The notes under the pieces: generated by a model | The model's database searches: none | The model's input: only the letters and a program-made list of their open reading frames with translations | What the model was told of the DNA's origin: nothing | Position numbers and translations under genes: made by a program | From: Aulosira sp. ZfuVER01 | Lineage (GTDB): Bacteria > Cyanobacteriota > Cyanobacteriia > Cyanobacteriales > Nostocaceae | Assembly: GCA_034530615.2 (NCBI GenBank) | Contig: JAVRCV020000079.1 | Coordinates: 98,936 to 162,935 of the forward strand | Direction of reading: 5' to 3' | Length of the DNA: 64,000 bases | In this document: positions 1 through 11,400 of the stretch, in pieces | Numbering within the stretch: position 1 is the stretch's first letter | Layout of the letters: each line of letters opens with the position of its first letter

Positions 1-3000
1 TGCTGCGCTTAAAGCAGTGTTATAAATGCGCACATCATCAATTTGCCCTGAGAATCCGTTATCAACTCGCCCAATACTGAGTTGTTGAGTTGCATAGGGT
101 TTGCGTCCAGCAAAGTCATTGGTGGAGTAAACTTCCTGTCCATTCACATAAGCCTTGTATGTAGTCCCGTCAAATGATGTGACCACTTGGTTCCAGGTAT
201 TGAGCCTCAAGACATTTCCTGTGGTAAACGAGTTCCAGTTAGTCCCATCCCCAAAGCCCGCATGAATTTGTGTTTGGTTATACAGCCAAATTCCTGGGTA
301 GCGTTGCGCATTGCCACCAGCTGGCTGATAACCAAGAATGCCATAATAGCCATTATTTGTAGTGTTGGAATAGATCCATACTGATTGAGTAAATGTACCG
401 TTACTCAAATTCAAGGTAGGGCTGCTAGGTATATTAACGTAATCATTTATGCCATCAAATGTCAAACTGTGAGTGTCAACAAAGTTTAACAGAGGGACTT
501 TCGTTGTCGGGCCGCTTGGTGGAGCAATATTAACATGGTTGCCATTATTGTTAAACCCGGACGAATCAACCACAGTAGCACCAATACTACTCTCATCTAA
601 CTTCCAATACCCCACCAAACCGGAAACATTTTCGTTATCTACAATCGTAATTTGAGCAGTCCGGGGTGCTAATAGAGTCGCGCCACCAGTAATGTTATCA
701 ATGGCAAAGCCAAAAGTTTCATTTCCTTCGGTGAGTGTATCATCCAGAATCGGAATTATCACAGACTTACGAGTTTCACCAGGAGCAAATGTCAGTGTCC
801 CCGATTGTCTGATATAGTCTGCACCAGGAGTAGCAGTACCATCAACTGTTTGATAGTCAACTGTCACCGTACCATCACTTCCCTGTTGTCGCAGTACGGT
901 GACTGTGGCAGTACCGTTGGCTTCATTGACAGCGATCGTGCTACTTTCTAACCCAATTACACCAGGGCCAGAAGTTGGAGAAGGTGGAGGCGGTGTTTGA
1001 ATCTGTGCCAAGGTGGCAATATCAGCAGCAGTGAGGGCGCGATTATAGATGCGCACATCGTCAATTTGCCCAGAGAAGTTGTTATCAACTCGCCCAATAT
1101 TGAGTTGTTGAGTTGCATAGGGTTTGCGTCCAGCAAAATCAGTGGTGGAGTACACTTCTTGCCCATTGACATAAGCCTTGTATGTAGTGCCATCAAACGA
1201 TGTGGCTACATGATTCCAAGCATTGGTTTTGAGGACATTTCCAGTAGTAAACGCATTCCAGTTGCTACCATCTCCAAAACCCGCATGAATTTGTGTTTGG
1301 TTATAAATCCAAATGCCTGGGTAGCGCTGATTAACTGCGCCTCCTGGTTGATAGCCGAGAACGCCATAATAGCCATTATTTGTAATTTTGGAGTAGATCC
1401 AGGCTGATTGGGTGAAATTCCCACTACTGAGATTCAAGCTAGGATTACTAGATATACTCACATAGTCATCTACCCCGTCAAATGTCAAACTGTTGGGGTC
1501 AGTAAAATTTAATAGAGGGACATTTGTTGACGGGCCGCTAGGTGAAGTAATATTCACATGGCTGCCATTATTGCTAAAACCTGATGAATCAACGACAGTA
1601 GCACCAATACTTGTCTCATCCAGCTTCCAATACCCTACCAAACCAGTGCTAGTGCTATTCTCGTTGTCTACAATTGTGATTTCAGCAGTTTGAGGTGCTG
1701 ATAAGGTTGCTCCACCAGTAATGTTATCAATGGCAAAGCCAAAAGTTTCATTTCCCTCTGTGAGAGTATCATCCAAAATCGGAATTGTTACAGACTTGCT
1801 GGTTTCGCCAGGGGCAAATGTCAGCGTCCCCGATCGCCTGGTATAGTCTGCATCAGCAATAGCAGAATTATCAACTGTGCGATAGTCAACAGTTACTGTA
1901 CCATCACTTCCCTGTTGCCGAAGCACAGTCACAGTAGCTGTGCCATTGCCTTCATTGACAGCGATCGCATTGGTTTCTAAGCTAATTACGCCAGGATTGG
2001 GTGTGCCAAGTTGCGCCAAAGAGGCAATATCAGCAGCACTGAGAGCGCGGTTATAGATGCGTACATCGTCAATTTGCCCAGAGAAGTTGTTATCAACTCG
2101 TCCAATATTTAGTTGTTGAGTTGCATAGGGTTTGCGTCCGGCAAAGTCAGTGGTGGAGTACACTTCCTGCCCATTCACATAAGCCTTGTATGTAGTGCCG
2201 TCAAAGGATGTAGCTACATGATTCCAGGCATTGGTTTTGAGGACATTTCCAGTAGTAAACGCATTCCAGTTGCTACCATCTCCAAAACCCGCATGAATTT
2301 GTGTTTGGTTATAAATCCAAATGCCTGGGTAGCGTTGATTGTTTCCAGCGACTGGTTGATAACCGAGAACGCCATGATAAGCGTTATCTGTAATGTTGGA
2401 ATAAATCCATAGTGATTGAGTGAATGTCCCACCGCTCAGATTCAAGCTAGGATTACTAGATATACTTACATAGTCATCTACCCCGTCAAATCGTAAAGAG
2501 CCGTTAACCTTCCCAGTAGTAGACCACTGGGGATTATTTAAAAGGGTGCCATTATTGCTGCCAATGGTATCTGTTGCTGTTAAACCGCTACCTTCATCAA
2601 ATTGCCAACGAGCAATTAAACCATCGTCAATGCTTGCAAGATTAGCACCGTCATAATCTGCAATGACAGATTTATCTAGTAAATCAATGCTCTCAATGCT
2701 GCCAGTCGCTACTTCTAAATTCCAGTCTCCCCCGAACTGGGAACTACCTGTAAGGTTATTGGAGGCCGCAATATCTGCACCAGTTAATTGACTCAGCTTT
2801 TGGATAAATGACTGTCCTTCAGTGCCTGCTCCTACATTACAGCCGTAGAACAACACATCAGTATCTTCAGTAAAAGCATGGCTCCAACTTTTGAGATTAC
2901 TGCTGTATAAACTGAGGTTCTGTAAATTTAAATGAGTGTTGCCTAATGTCACATCCCCAACATTACCGTGAGAGACGATATGTACACTCGCAACGTTTTG

Positions 3001-3279
3001 GTAATGCGCCAAAATATCCGATATTTGTACTACACCATCAAGATTAGGATCGAGTGTAAACACCTTTGCATGACTAAAGCTTTTAGTTAGATTGGAGCTG
3101 TTAGCAATAGCACCATCAATAAAAACCAAATTATGGCTACTTGCAGCCCCAAGCTCTGTCCCTGGTAATATGAGGTCACTACCTAAAATAGTCTTTTCGC
3201 CTACACCTGAGGCATCATTTAAATAATTATATGTTCCGAATTCAAAAGAATTAGTTTCTAGACTTGGAGAATTTAACAT
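1..3279 (-). CDS. Large secreted/surface protein, 5' part: DUF4347 followed by alternating LamG-like and Calx-beta domains (runs off the window start)
   Basis: Absent from the ORF track because it has no stop in the window. Manual translation from ATG 3279 gives MLNSPSLETN...NLVFIDGAI...VHIVSHGNVG...FYGCNVGAG (DUF4347-like), then LamG-like units (FDGVDDYV, QIDDVRIYN) and Calx-beta units (TVTVDY.TVD, SGTLTFAPGET, EGNETFGFAI). The DNA repeats with a ~1 kb period. Confidence 0.85.
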   Translation of the reverse strand, partial: MLNSPSLETNSFEFGTYNYLNDASGVGEKTILGSDLILPGTELGAASSHNLVFIDGAIANSSNLTKSFSHAKVFTLDPNLDGVVQISDILAHYQNVASVHIVSHGNVGDVTLGNTHLNLQNLSLYSSNLKSWSHAFTEDTDVLFYGCNVGAGTEGQSFIQKLSQLTGADIAASNNLTGSSQFGGDWNLEVATGSIESIDLLDKSVIADYDGANLASIDDGLIARWQFDEGSGLTATDTIGSNNGTLLNNPQWSTTGKVNGSLRFDGVDDYVSISSNPSLNLSGGTFTQSLWIYSNITDNAYHGVLGYQPVAGNNQRYPGIWIYNQTQIHAGFGDGSNWNAFTTGNVLKTNAWNHVATSFDGTTYKAYVNGQEVYSTTDFAGRKPYATQQLNIGRVDNNFSGQIDDVRIYNRALSAADIASLAQLGTPNPGVISLETNAIAVNEGNGTATVTVLRQQGSDGTVTVDYRTVDNSAIADADYTRRSGTLTFAPGETSKSVTIPILDDTLTEGNETFGFAIDNITGGATLSAPQTAEITIVDNENSTSTGLVGYWKLDETSIGATVVDSSGFSNNGSHVNITSPSGPSTNVPLLNFTDPNSLTFDGVDDYVSISSNPSLNLSSGNFTQSAWIYSKITNNGYYGVLGYQPGGAVNQRYPGIWIYNQTQIHAGFGDGSNWNAFTTGNVLKTNAWNHVATSFDGTTYKAYVNGQEVYSTTDFAGRKPYATQQLNIGRVDNNFSGQIDDVRIYNRALTAADIATLAQIQTPPPPSPTSGPGVIGLESSTIAVNEANGTATVTVLRQQGSDGTVTVDYQTVDGTATPGADYIRQSGTLTFAPGETRKSVIIPILDDTLTEGNETFGFAIDNITGGATLLAPRTAQITIVDNENVSGLVGYWKLDESSIGATVVDSSGFNNNGNHVNIAPPSGPTTKVPLLNFVDTHSLTFDGINDYVNIPSSPTLNLSNGTFTQSVWIYSNTTNNGYYGILGYQPAGGNAQRYPGIWLYNQTQIHAGFGDGTNWNSFTTGNVLRLNTWNQVVTSFDGTTYKAYVNGQEVYSTNDFAGRKPYATQQLSIGRVDNGFSGQIDDVRIYNTALSAA

Positions 3280-4110
3280 TTTATTTTTAGTCAACCCAAC
3301 ATCAATAAGTCCAAAAATTAGTTTTTTTTTGGACTCATTGCCGTTGATAACTACTGCCGCAAAATGGTATAAAAATTTTGCACTAATTAAATCAATGATT
3401 GTCATAGCGCAAAATTAATATTAAATTTTTAAGTTTTCAATTGTGTAGTTTTGAACTAATAAACGATCGCAACACTATTGGCAAAATATAGACTCTCACT
3501 CGCTGTAGATACAGTACTAAAATATCTAAGTTTTTTTAGAGATATGTTATTTCATCCTTTACCAGCAGGGAGTAACTATTATTGGACAGCAAATTTATAT
3601 GGGATGTCAATTCTACTGAGACTATTTCTTAAAAAATTTATATTTACCACTATTTTTTAGCTAAATATCAAGTATTTTTAAAGTTAAAAAGCTAAATACA
3701 GGTAAAATACATAGTTTTATATCGGAGATTAGATATAAGTTTTTGATATTACAAAATTATATTTTTTATTGATATGGCATAGTTATCAAAATCATAATTT
3801 AAATTATGTAATTCTAAATTAGAAGATTCTATGTAGTACAATTATTTTTTTTATAAATATAAAGATAATTTAATGATATCGTGTCTTAGAGAAGAGTGTT
3901 TTTTCGCTTTCTCTAGTCGTAGTATGCCGATACAAAGTCAGTTTTACTCATCACATAATTACTAAAATGGGTTGATAGCTACTATCTAACTAAGCATCTC
4001 TAGTAAGAGAACAAGCAATTTAATTCGGTAAAATCATGAAGTTAGATGTTTCACATTGCCACTTTCCCTTAGACTAAGGGCAGCAACCTTGTTAAAACTG
4101 CCTGAGGAAG

Positions 4111-5520
4111 GTGGAATTTGTGACAGAGACGAACAACTTAACCTCTACCCTCCAGGATATGTCGCGTAGAGAATTGCGAGATTTAGTGCGAACTCAGCTA
4201 CAAATGCTGCTGGAAGAGGGAGATTTACGAGGCGCAAAAGCTATTCTAGTACCTGTACAACCTGCGGATATTGCCGAGGCCATTGAAGGTTTGCCAGAAG
4301 CAATGCACGCTTTAGCTTTTCGCTTGCTTTCTAAGGATGAAGCGATCGCAGTTTATGAATATCTCGATTACAGTATTCAAGAACGGCTAATTGAGGAACT
4401 TAGAAGTCAAGATGTCCGCGATCTTGTGGATAAAATGTCCCCAGACGATCGAGCTAGGTTATTTGACGAACTCCCAGCAAAAGTCGTCAATCGCCTACTA
4501 GAACAACTGAGTCCGGCGGAACGTACAGCTACAGCTCAACTGTTGGGTTATGAAGCGGGCACTGCGGGGCGAATCATGACACCAGAATTAATCTCACTCA
4601 AAGAAAATTTTACTGTAGCTCAAGCTATAGAGAAGATTCGCCGTTTAGCTAAAGCCAGTGAGATGATTTATTACCTTTACGTCACTGATGCAGCAAGGCG
4701 ATTGACGGGGATTGTATCACTGCGGGAGTTGGTAACATCTCAAGCTGAGGAATTGATTGACGAAATTATGACCCGTGACGTGGTATTTGTCCACACCGAT
4801 ACAGATCAAGAAGAAGTCGCCAGATTGATTCAACGATATGACTTTCTCGCTGTGCCTGTAGTGGATCGAGAACAGCGTTTAGTAGGTATTATCACGGTGG
4901 ATGATGTGATTGATATCCTCCAACAGGAAACGACTGAGGATATCTACGCCTTGGGTGGTGGTGTGCAGTCGGGGGGTGACAATTATTTCCAGATGAATTT
5001 AATGGAAGTTGCTCGCAAACGTGTTGTGTGGTTGTTTGTCTTATTGATTACAAATACCGTTACCGGAACGATTATTAAGTCGCAGGAAGATATTTTGACA
5101 AAAGTCGTGACACTAACAGCTTTTATCCCCTTACTGACTGGTACTGGTGGGAATGTGGGGGCGCAATCTTCTACGGTAGTGATTCGCGGGATGAACACGG
5201 AAGAAATAAGATTGTTGGGACCACTACAGGTGATTGGAAGAGAAGCGATCGCTGGTGGATTATTAGGAGTAATGTTAGGTACGATCGCCACTGTATGGGC
5301 TTACTTTCTCCAAGGGAGATTAGAAGTAGCGATCGCTGTAGGCAGTAGTTTGGTAGCTATTTCTCTGTTAGCTTCGATTTCTGGTTCCGCACTGCCGTTT
5401 TTATTCCGCTTACTCCGTCTAGATCCCGCATTGATGTCTGCACCGTTTATTACCACCGCCGTTGATGTACTTGGTGTCTTGATTTACTTCAACCTGGCGC
5501 GGGTTATTTTACAATTATAA
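4111..5520 (+). CDS. mgtE: Magnesium transporter MgtE
   Basis: MgtE N-domain, CBS pair, TM domain with GGNVGAQ and PALMSAPFITTAVD motifs. Confidence 0.95.
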   Translation: MEFVTETNNLTSTLQDMSRRELRDLVRTQLQMLLEEGDLRGAKAILVPVQPADIAEAIEGLPEAMHALAFRLLSKDEAIAVYEYLDYSIQERLIEELRSQDVRDLVDKMSPDDRARLFDELPAKVVNRLLEQLSPAERTATAQLLGYEAGTAGRIMTPELISLKENFTVAQAIEKIRRLAKASEMIYYLYVTDAARRLTGIVSLRELVTSQAEELIDEIMTRDVVFVHTDTDQEEVARLIQRYDFLAVPVVDREQRLVGIITVDDVIDILQQETTEDIYALGGGVQSGGDNYFQMNLMEVARKRVVWLFVLLITNTVTGTIIKSQEDILTKVVTLTAFIPLLTGTGGNVGAQSSTVVIRGMNTEEIRLLGPLQVIGREAIAGGLLGVMLGTIATVWAYFLQGRLEVAIAVGSSLVAISLLASISGSALPFLFRLLRLDPALMSAPFITTAVDVLGVLIYFNLARVILQL

Positions 5521-5652
5521 AATCAATTGCTAGCAGTTAGCCTAATTGCAAAATGCACCCAGAGAAATATGATTAATTTCTTCTATTAGATGTATGCGAG
5601 TTTGTGACTTGTCAAGTTAAGTTAACAGTAGTAGCTATTCAAGGTGAAAGAA

Positions 5653-5820
5653 ATGAGTAGGGTACTGATAGCGATTTTGTTATTTGGATTTTTAGTATTG
5701 TTCATTTTCTCTCCCTTTGCTGCACTTGCTGGTTTAATGCTCGTATTGTTAGTTGCAAGTTTTTTCTCATTACTAGGCAATATATTTCAAGCAATTCTTG
5801 GTACAGACAGCGATTCTTAA
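5653..5820 (+). CDS. Small (55 aa) hydrophobic membrane protein
   Basis: Manual ORF MSRVLIAILLFGFLVLFIFSPFAALAGLMLVLLVASFFSLLGNIFQAILGTDSDS, with a purine-rich leader (aaggtgaaag); below the ORF track size cutoff. Confidence 0.6.
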   Translation: MSRVLIAILLFGFLVLFIFSPFAALAGLMLVLLVASFFSLLGNIFQAILGTDSDS

Positions 5821-5843
5821 TATTTATATAAAGTACAGATCGT

Positions 5844-5896
5844 TGTAGAGGCAAAACATATTGTGCCCCTACCTGTGTACTTCATTTACCTGAAAA
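5844..5896. repeat. Cyanobacterial REP-like palindromic intergenic repeat (gtagaggca...tgcccctac + tgtacttcatttacctgaaa)
   Basis: Imperfect inverted repeat; resembles dispersed intergenic elements common in Nostoc. Confidence 0.45.
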
Positions 5897-6406
5897 CGGA
5901 TTGCCTTGGAAACCCACACAACGCAATGCCTCCCCCTGCGGTCTTAACGATCCGTCTTTAACCAAACACGATGTTATTTCTCCGAACTGTATTGGACAAG
6001 ATACGTATATAAAGTAAATAATTATACTTTTATTGCATATTAACTACACATCAATAATATTCCCTATTCTTATGCCAATTGAGTTTTCGCCAATTACTTA
6101 ATATTCACATTGCAAATTGGCTCTAAAGTTTTAATTTTCAGTAAAGTTGTAGTAAAAATAATTACGATTTTTAGAAAATAAGCCAGAATGAAATAACTAA
6201 ATTTCAGGCTAAGTGACAATTAATACAACCCTTGTAAAATTCCACGATTATTTAGAAATTTAGCATTTAAATTCATTTTTTTTAGAACACAATTTTTTAG
6301 CCCTAGTAATCACAGCATTAACTTGTTAATTGCTGAAATTTAAGTTATGGGCATAAGTAAATACCACATATTTTCTAGGAAAATATATTTTTTGAAAAAT
6401 TTTAAC

Positions 6407-8413
6407 ATGGAATTGATAACTAATTCATTAGCTTCAACTGAAAACGAATTATTTATAAACACTAATGCAGAACAAGATAGCTTCAGAGTAACTAGCTTGA
6501 AAGAATCCGAACAATGGCAATTACTAGACAAGTGGAATCATACTCAAACTGATTACCCTAGACAAGCGTGTATTCATCAGCTGTTTGAAGCACAGGTAGA
6601 GAAAACACCTGATTCTATAGCGCTAGTATTTGAAAACCAGCAGATTACGTATCGAGATTTGAATAGTCGTGCTAATCAACTAGCACAATATCTACAAACA
6701 CTAGGAGTAGGTGCAGAAGTTCTCGTAGGAATCTGCGTAGAACGCTCAGTAGAGATGGTTGTAGGACTTCTAGCCATTCTCAAAGCAGGTGGAGCTTATG
6801 TACCATTAGATCCAGGGTATCCGCAAGAACGTTTAGCTTTTATGCTGTCAGATACCAATGTATCGGTACTATTAACTCAAAAAGAACTAGTTGCTAAATT
6901 ACCTATTCATACTGCATCTGTAATTTGTCTAGATACAGATTGGAATGCTATTGCTCAAAATAATCAAGAGAACCTAAACACTCACATCACCGCCGACAAC
7001 TTAGCTTACGTGATGTACACCTCAGGTTCTACAGGTAAACCCAAGGGTGTTTGTGTAATTCATCGCGGTGTAGTGAGGTTAGTCAAAGAAACTAACTATG
7101 CTCAACTAACGGCTGAAGAAGTAATTCTGCAACTGGCCCCTATTTCATTTGACGCTTCAACTTTAGAAATTTGGGGTTGCTTACTTAATGGTGGAAAATT
7201 AGTAATTTGTCCTCCCCATACACCATCTTTAGAAGAATTAGGGCAGATTATTCAGCAAAACCAAGTGACAACTCTGTGGCTGACGGCTGGTTTATTTCAC
7301 TTGATTGTAGATGAAAAAATTGATGCTTTAAAATCCTTGCGTCAACTTTTAGCGGGTGGTGATGTTTTATCAGTTCCTCATGTGCAGAAGTTTCTGCAAA
7401 CAGTAAAGAACTGTCAACTAATTAATGGTTACGGCCCTACTGAAAATACAACTTTTACCTGTTGCTACAGCATAACAGCACCATTGCAGCCAGGTGTATC
7501 CATTCCCATTGGTCGCCCAATTGCCAATACCCAAGTCTATATATTAGATGAGAACCTCCAACAAGTCGCGATCGCAGAAGTTGGCGAGTTGTATATTGGC
7601 GGTGATGGGCTTGCTAGAGGCTATCTGAACCGTCCTGATTTGACAGCTGAAAAATTTATTTCTCACTCATTTAATAACAATTTCCAAACGCCCCTTTACA
7701 AGACAGGAGATTTAGCTCGTTTTCTTCCAAATGGCAATATCGAATTTTTAGGTCGAATTGATAATCAAGTAAAAATTCGTGGCTTCCGAATTGAACTTGG
7801 GGAAATCGAAAGAGAAATTGCCCAACATCCTGACGTTCGCGAAGTTGTTGTTTTAGCACGTCAGCAAGAAACAGGCGAAAAGCAGTTAGTTGCTTATATT
7901 GTTCCTCATCAGAACAGTAGTTACACCCATAATCAATTGCGTAGCTTTTTACAACAGCGACTACCCAATTACATGGTGCCATCAGCATTTGTGTTGTTAG
8001 AAGCAATGCCTTTAACTGCTAATGGCAAAGTTGATAGACATAAATTACCTGCACCCAGTAGAGAACGTCCGCAACTCGAACAAGCGTACATTTCTCCCCA
8101 AACCGATTTAGAGCGTCAGCTTGCAGATATTTTGTGCGAGTTACTGAAAATCGATCGTGTAGGTATTGATGATAATTTCTTTGATTTGGGAGCAACTTCC
8201 ATGTCAATTTTGCAAGTTGCTGCTCGGGTGCAACAGGAAATTAGTATCGAGCTATCTGCTGTCAAGCTCTTTCAATATTCCACGATTGGCGCATTAGCAA
8301 AATATTTGCAATTAAAACACAACAGCCAACCTTCTTATGACAAGCTGCAAAGTCGTGCCCAACGCCAGCAAGCAGCTCGTACTCGTCGCCGTAATCATCA
8401 ACAAGGTGTTTAA
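6407..8413 (+). CDS. NRPS loading module A-PCP (Val-like specificity code)
   Basis: YTSGSTGKPKG, GYGPTE, YKTGD, NGKVDR motifs; PCP FFDLGATS. Code read by alignment to GrsA is about DALWLGGTFK. Start could be 6347 or 6407. Confidence 0.93.
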   Translation: MELITNSLASTENELFINTNAEQDSFRVTSLKESEQWQLLDKWNHTQTDYPRQACIHQLFEAQVEKTPDSIALVFENQQITYRDLNSRANQLAQYLQTLGVGAEVLVGICVERSVEMVVGLLAILKAGGAYVPLDPGYPQERLAFMLSDTNVSVLLTQKELVAKLPIHTASVICLDTDWNAIAQNNQENLNTHITADNLAYVMYTSGSTGKPKGVCVIHRGVVRLVKETNYAQLTAEEVILQLAPISFDASTLEIWGCLLNGGKLVICPPHTPSLEELGQIIQQNQVTTLWLTAGLFHLIVDEKIDALKSLRQLLAGGDVLSVPHVQKFLQTVKNCQLINGYGPTENTTFTCCYSITAPLQPGVSIPIGRPIANTQVYILDENLQQVAIAEVGELYIGGDGLARGYLNRPDLTAEKFISHSFNNNFQTPLYKTGDLARFLPNGNIEFLGRIDNQVKIRGFRIELGEIEREIAQHPDVREVVVLARQQETGEKQLVAYIVPHQNSSYTHNQLRSFLQQRLPNYMVPSAFVLLEAMPLTANGKVDRHKLPAPSRERPQLEQAYISPQTDLERQLADILCELLKIDRVGIDDNFFDLGATSMSILQVAARVQQEISIELSAVKLFQYSTIGALAKYLQLKHNSQPSYDKLQSRAQRQQAARTRRRNHQQGV

Positions 8414-8416
8414 GCA

Positions 8417-11400
8417 ATGGTGAATATACAAGCATCGGATAGTCAAGATCCTATTGATGGTATTGCCATTATTGGCATGGTAGGGAGATTCCCTGGCGCT
8501 AGAAATGTCGATGAATTATGGCGCAATCTCTGTGAGGGAGTAGAGTCAACAACTTTTTTTGCAGAAGAAGAGTTAGATCCAAGTATTGACCCGAATCTTT
8601 GCAAAGATGCTAGCTACGTCAAAGCCAGAGGAACTATCCCTGGAGGTGAAACCTTTGATGCAGCCTTCTTTGGCATTAATCCCTCAGAAGCTGTGGTTAT
8701 GGACCCCCAAGCGAGAGTCTTCCTAGAGTTGGTGTATGAAGCTTTAGAAAATGCTGGTTATGAATCAGAGTCTTTCGACGGTTTGATAGGTTTGTACGCT
8801 GGTTGTGGTCAAAATACTTATTTTGCCAACCACATTTGTGGCCGGATGGAAATTGTCGATCGCATCGGTGAATTTCAGACGATGCTAGCTAATGAAAAAG
8901 ACTTTTTAACCACCCGTGCTGCTTACAAGCTTAATCTGAAAGGCCCGGCTGTCAGTGTAAATACTGCTTGTTCTACTTCTTTAGTAGCAATTATCCAGGC
9001 TTGTCAAGCTCTAAGCAACTATCAATGCGATATGGCTTTAGCTGGTGGTGTATCTATGACTACACCCCAAAATAGCGGTTATATAGCTCAAGAAGGCAGT
9101 ATGCTTTCTGGTGATGGGCATTGTCGCCCCTTCGATGTCAACGCTCAAGGCACAATGTTCAATAACGGTGCAGGAATAGTTGCCCTGAAACGTTTAGAAG
9201 ATGCATTACAAGATGGCGATCGCATTTATGCCGTAATTCGGGGGCTGGGTATTAATAATGACGGTGGTGACAAAGTGAGCTTTACGGCTCCCAGTGTAGA
9301 CGGACAAGCAGAAGCCATTGCAATGGCGCAAGCTTATGCCAACATTCACCCCGAAACCATCTCTTATATTGAAGCCCACGGTACAGCTACACCCTTAGGC
9401 GACCCAATTGAAATTGAGGCGTTAACGCAAGCATTCCGAGTGCATACAGATGCTAAACAATTTTGTGCGATTGGCTCAGTTAAAAGCAATGTCGGACATT
9501 TAGTAGCGGCGGCTGGAGTAACAGGGTTAATTAAAACTGCGCTCTCGCTCTATCAAAAAAAGCTACCCCCAAGCCTGAATTTTACAGCACCAAACCCCAA
9601 AATTGACTTTGCCAACAGCCCCTTCTATGTTAATACCAAATTAGTCGAATGGCCAGAAGGTGAAACTCCGCGCCGCGCTGGTGTGAGTTCTTTTGGTGTG
9701 GGTGGGACGAATGCTCATGTAGTTCTGGAAGAAGCACCACAAATTCAACATTCAGGTGCTTCTCGCCCACAGCAGCTATTGTTGCTCTCAGCAAAAACGA
9801 GTCAAGCCTTAGATGCTGCAACAGCCAATTTGCAGCAACATCTCCAATACAACGCCGAAATTAACTTAGCCGATGTCGCTTATACCTTACAGCGCGGACG
9901 TAAAGCCTTCAACTATCGGCGCTATGTAGTTTGTCACGATATTACAAATGCGATCGCCTCTCTTCAATCTTTAGACCCCAATCAAGTAAGTACCCGTTAT
10001 ACAGAAATCCGCAATCCCCCTGTTGCTTTCATGTTTCCTGGGCAAGGGTCGCAATATGTGAACATGGGATTGAATCTCTACAATCGCGAACCTGTATTTC
10101 GTGAGGTAGTAGATCGATGTGCTGAAATCCTCAAACCTTTGCTGGGTAGAGATTTACGAGAAATCATGTATCCCGCACTAGGCGATCGCGAAACTGCGGC
10201 TATTTCTTTAAAACAAACCTTCTTTACCCAGCCAGCATTATTCGTGATTGAATACGCCCTAGCGCAACTATGGCAAAGTTGGGGAGTTAAACCCCAAGCC
10301 ATGATTGGGCACAGTATTGGTGAATTTGTCGCCGCCTGTATTGCGGGTGTATTTAGCTTAGAAGATGCGTTACTGTTGGTTGCAACTCGCGGTCGCTTAA
10401 TGTGGGAATTACCGGGAGGAGCTATGCTTTCAGTCCGCCTCCCAGCCAAAGAAGTAGAGCCGCGATTGAGTGCAGAATTAGCGATCGCCGCGATTAACGG
10501 CCCTTCCCTATGTGTAGTTGCAGGCCCCACAGATGCGATCGCATCGCTGCAACAACAACTAGAAAGTGAAGAGATTGTCTGTCGCCATCTCCATACCTCT
10601 CATGCTTTCCACTCTCCAATGATGGATAGTATTGTGGCTCCCTTTGCAGAGGTAGTTGGACAAGTTAAATTATCAGCACCTCAAATTCCCTTTGTTTCCA
10701 CTGTCACCGCCAACTGGATTACAGATGAGCAAGCCACCAATCCAATGTATTGGGCAAATCATCTCCGCCAAACAGTGCGATTTGCGGAAGGCGTACAAAC
10801 TCTCTGGCAACAGCCAGAACGAGTATTACTGGAGGTGGGGCCACGCGCCACAACTGCAACCCTAGCGCGCCAACAAGCTAAAGATATCAAACAACAAATT
10901 GCGATCGCTTCTCTAAGTGATAACGCTGAGAACAATGCGGAATGGAATGCATTACTCAAAGCAGTAGGACAACTGTGGTTAGCAGGAGTGACTATTGACT
11001 GGAGCAATTTCTATCAAGATGAAACACGCCAGCGAATTCCACTTCCGACTTATCCCTTTGAACGCCAACGTTTTTGGATCGATCCGCTACCCCATCCAAA
11101 CCGCACCAAAACTGCTCAACTTCCTAATCCCCAAAGTGTAGAGAAACCTGCAACTATGTCATCGCCCAAGCAAAAACTTATTCCCCTGCTCAAAGAAGTT
11201 CTCGAAGAAACCTCTGGATTGGAAATCGCTGGTTTTGACGAATCGACAACGTTTTTAGAAATGGGGTTAGATTCCCTATCTCTAACTCAAGTTGGGCTAG
11301 CGTTAAAGAAAAAATTTAAAGTCAAGGTCACACTCAGGCAGTTATTAGAAGTTTGCCCGAATTTAGGAACTTTGGCTGACTTAGTTAATGAAGGTTTATC

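Noticed and set aside
187..2432. Short ORFs in the track on both strands
   Set aside because: Antisense or alternative-frame shadows of the long minus-strand DUF4347 gene; they recur only because that gene is repetitive
3308..3335. agtccaaaaa...tttttggact hairpin with a T9 tract upstream of the surface-protein gene
   Set aside because: AT-rich and weak; no evidence for a function or for phase variation
6014..6027. GTA-N8-TAC (NtcA-like) site upstream of the NRPS cluster
   Set aside because: Very AT-rich region where chance matches are likely; no TAN3T box at the canonical ~22-nt spacing
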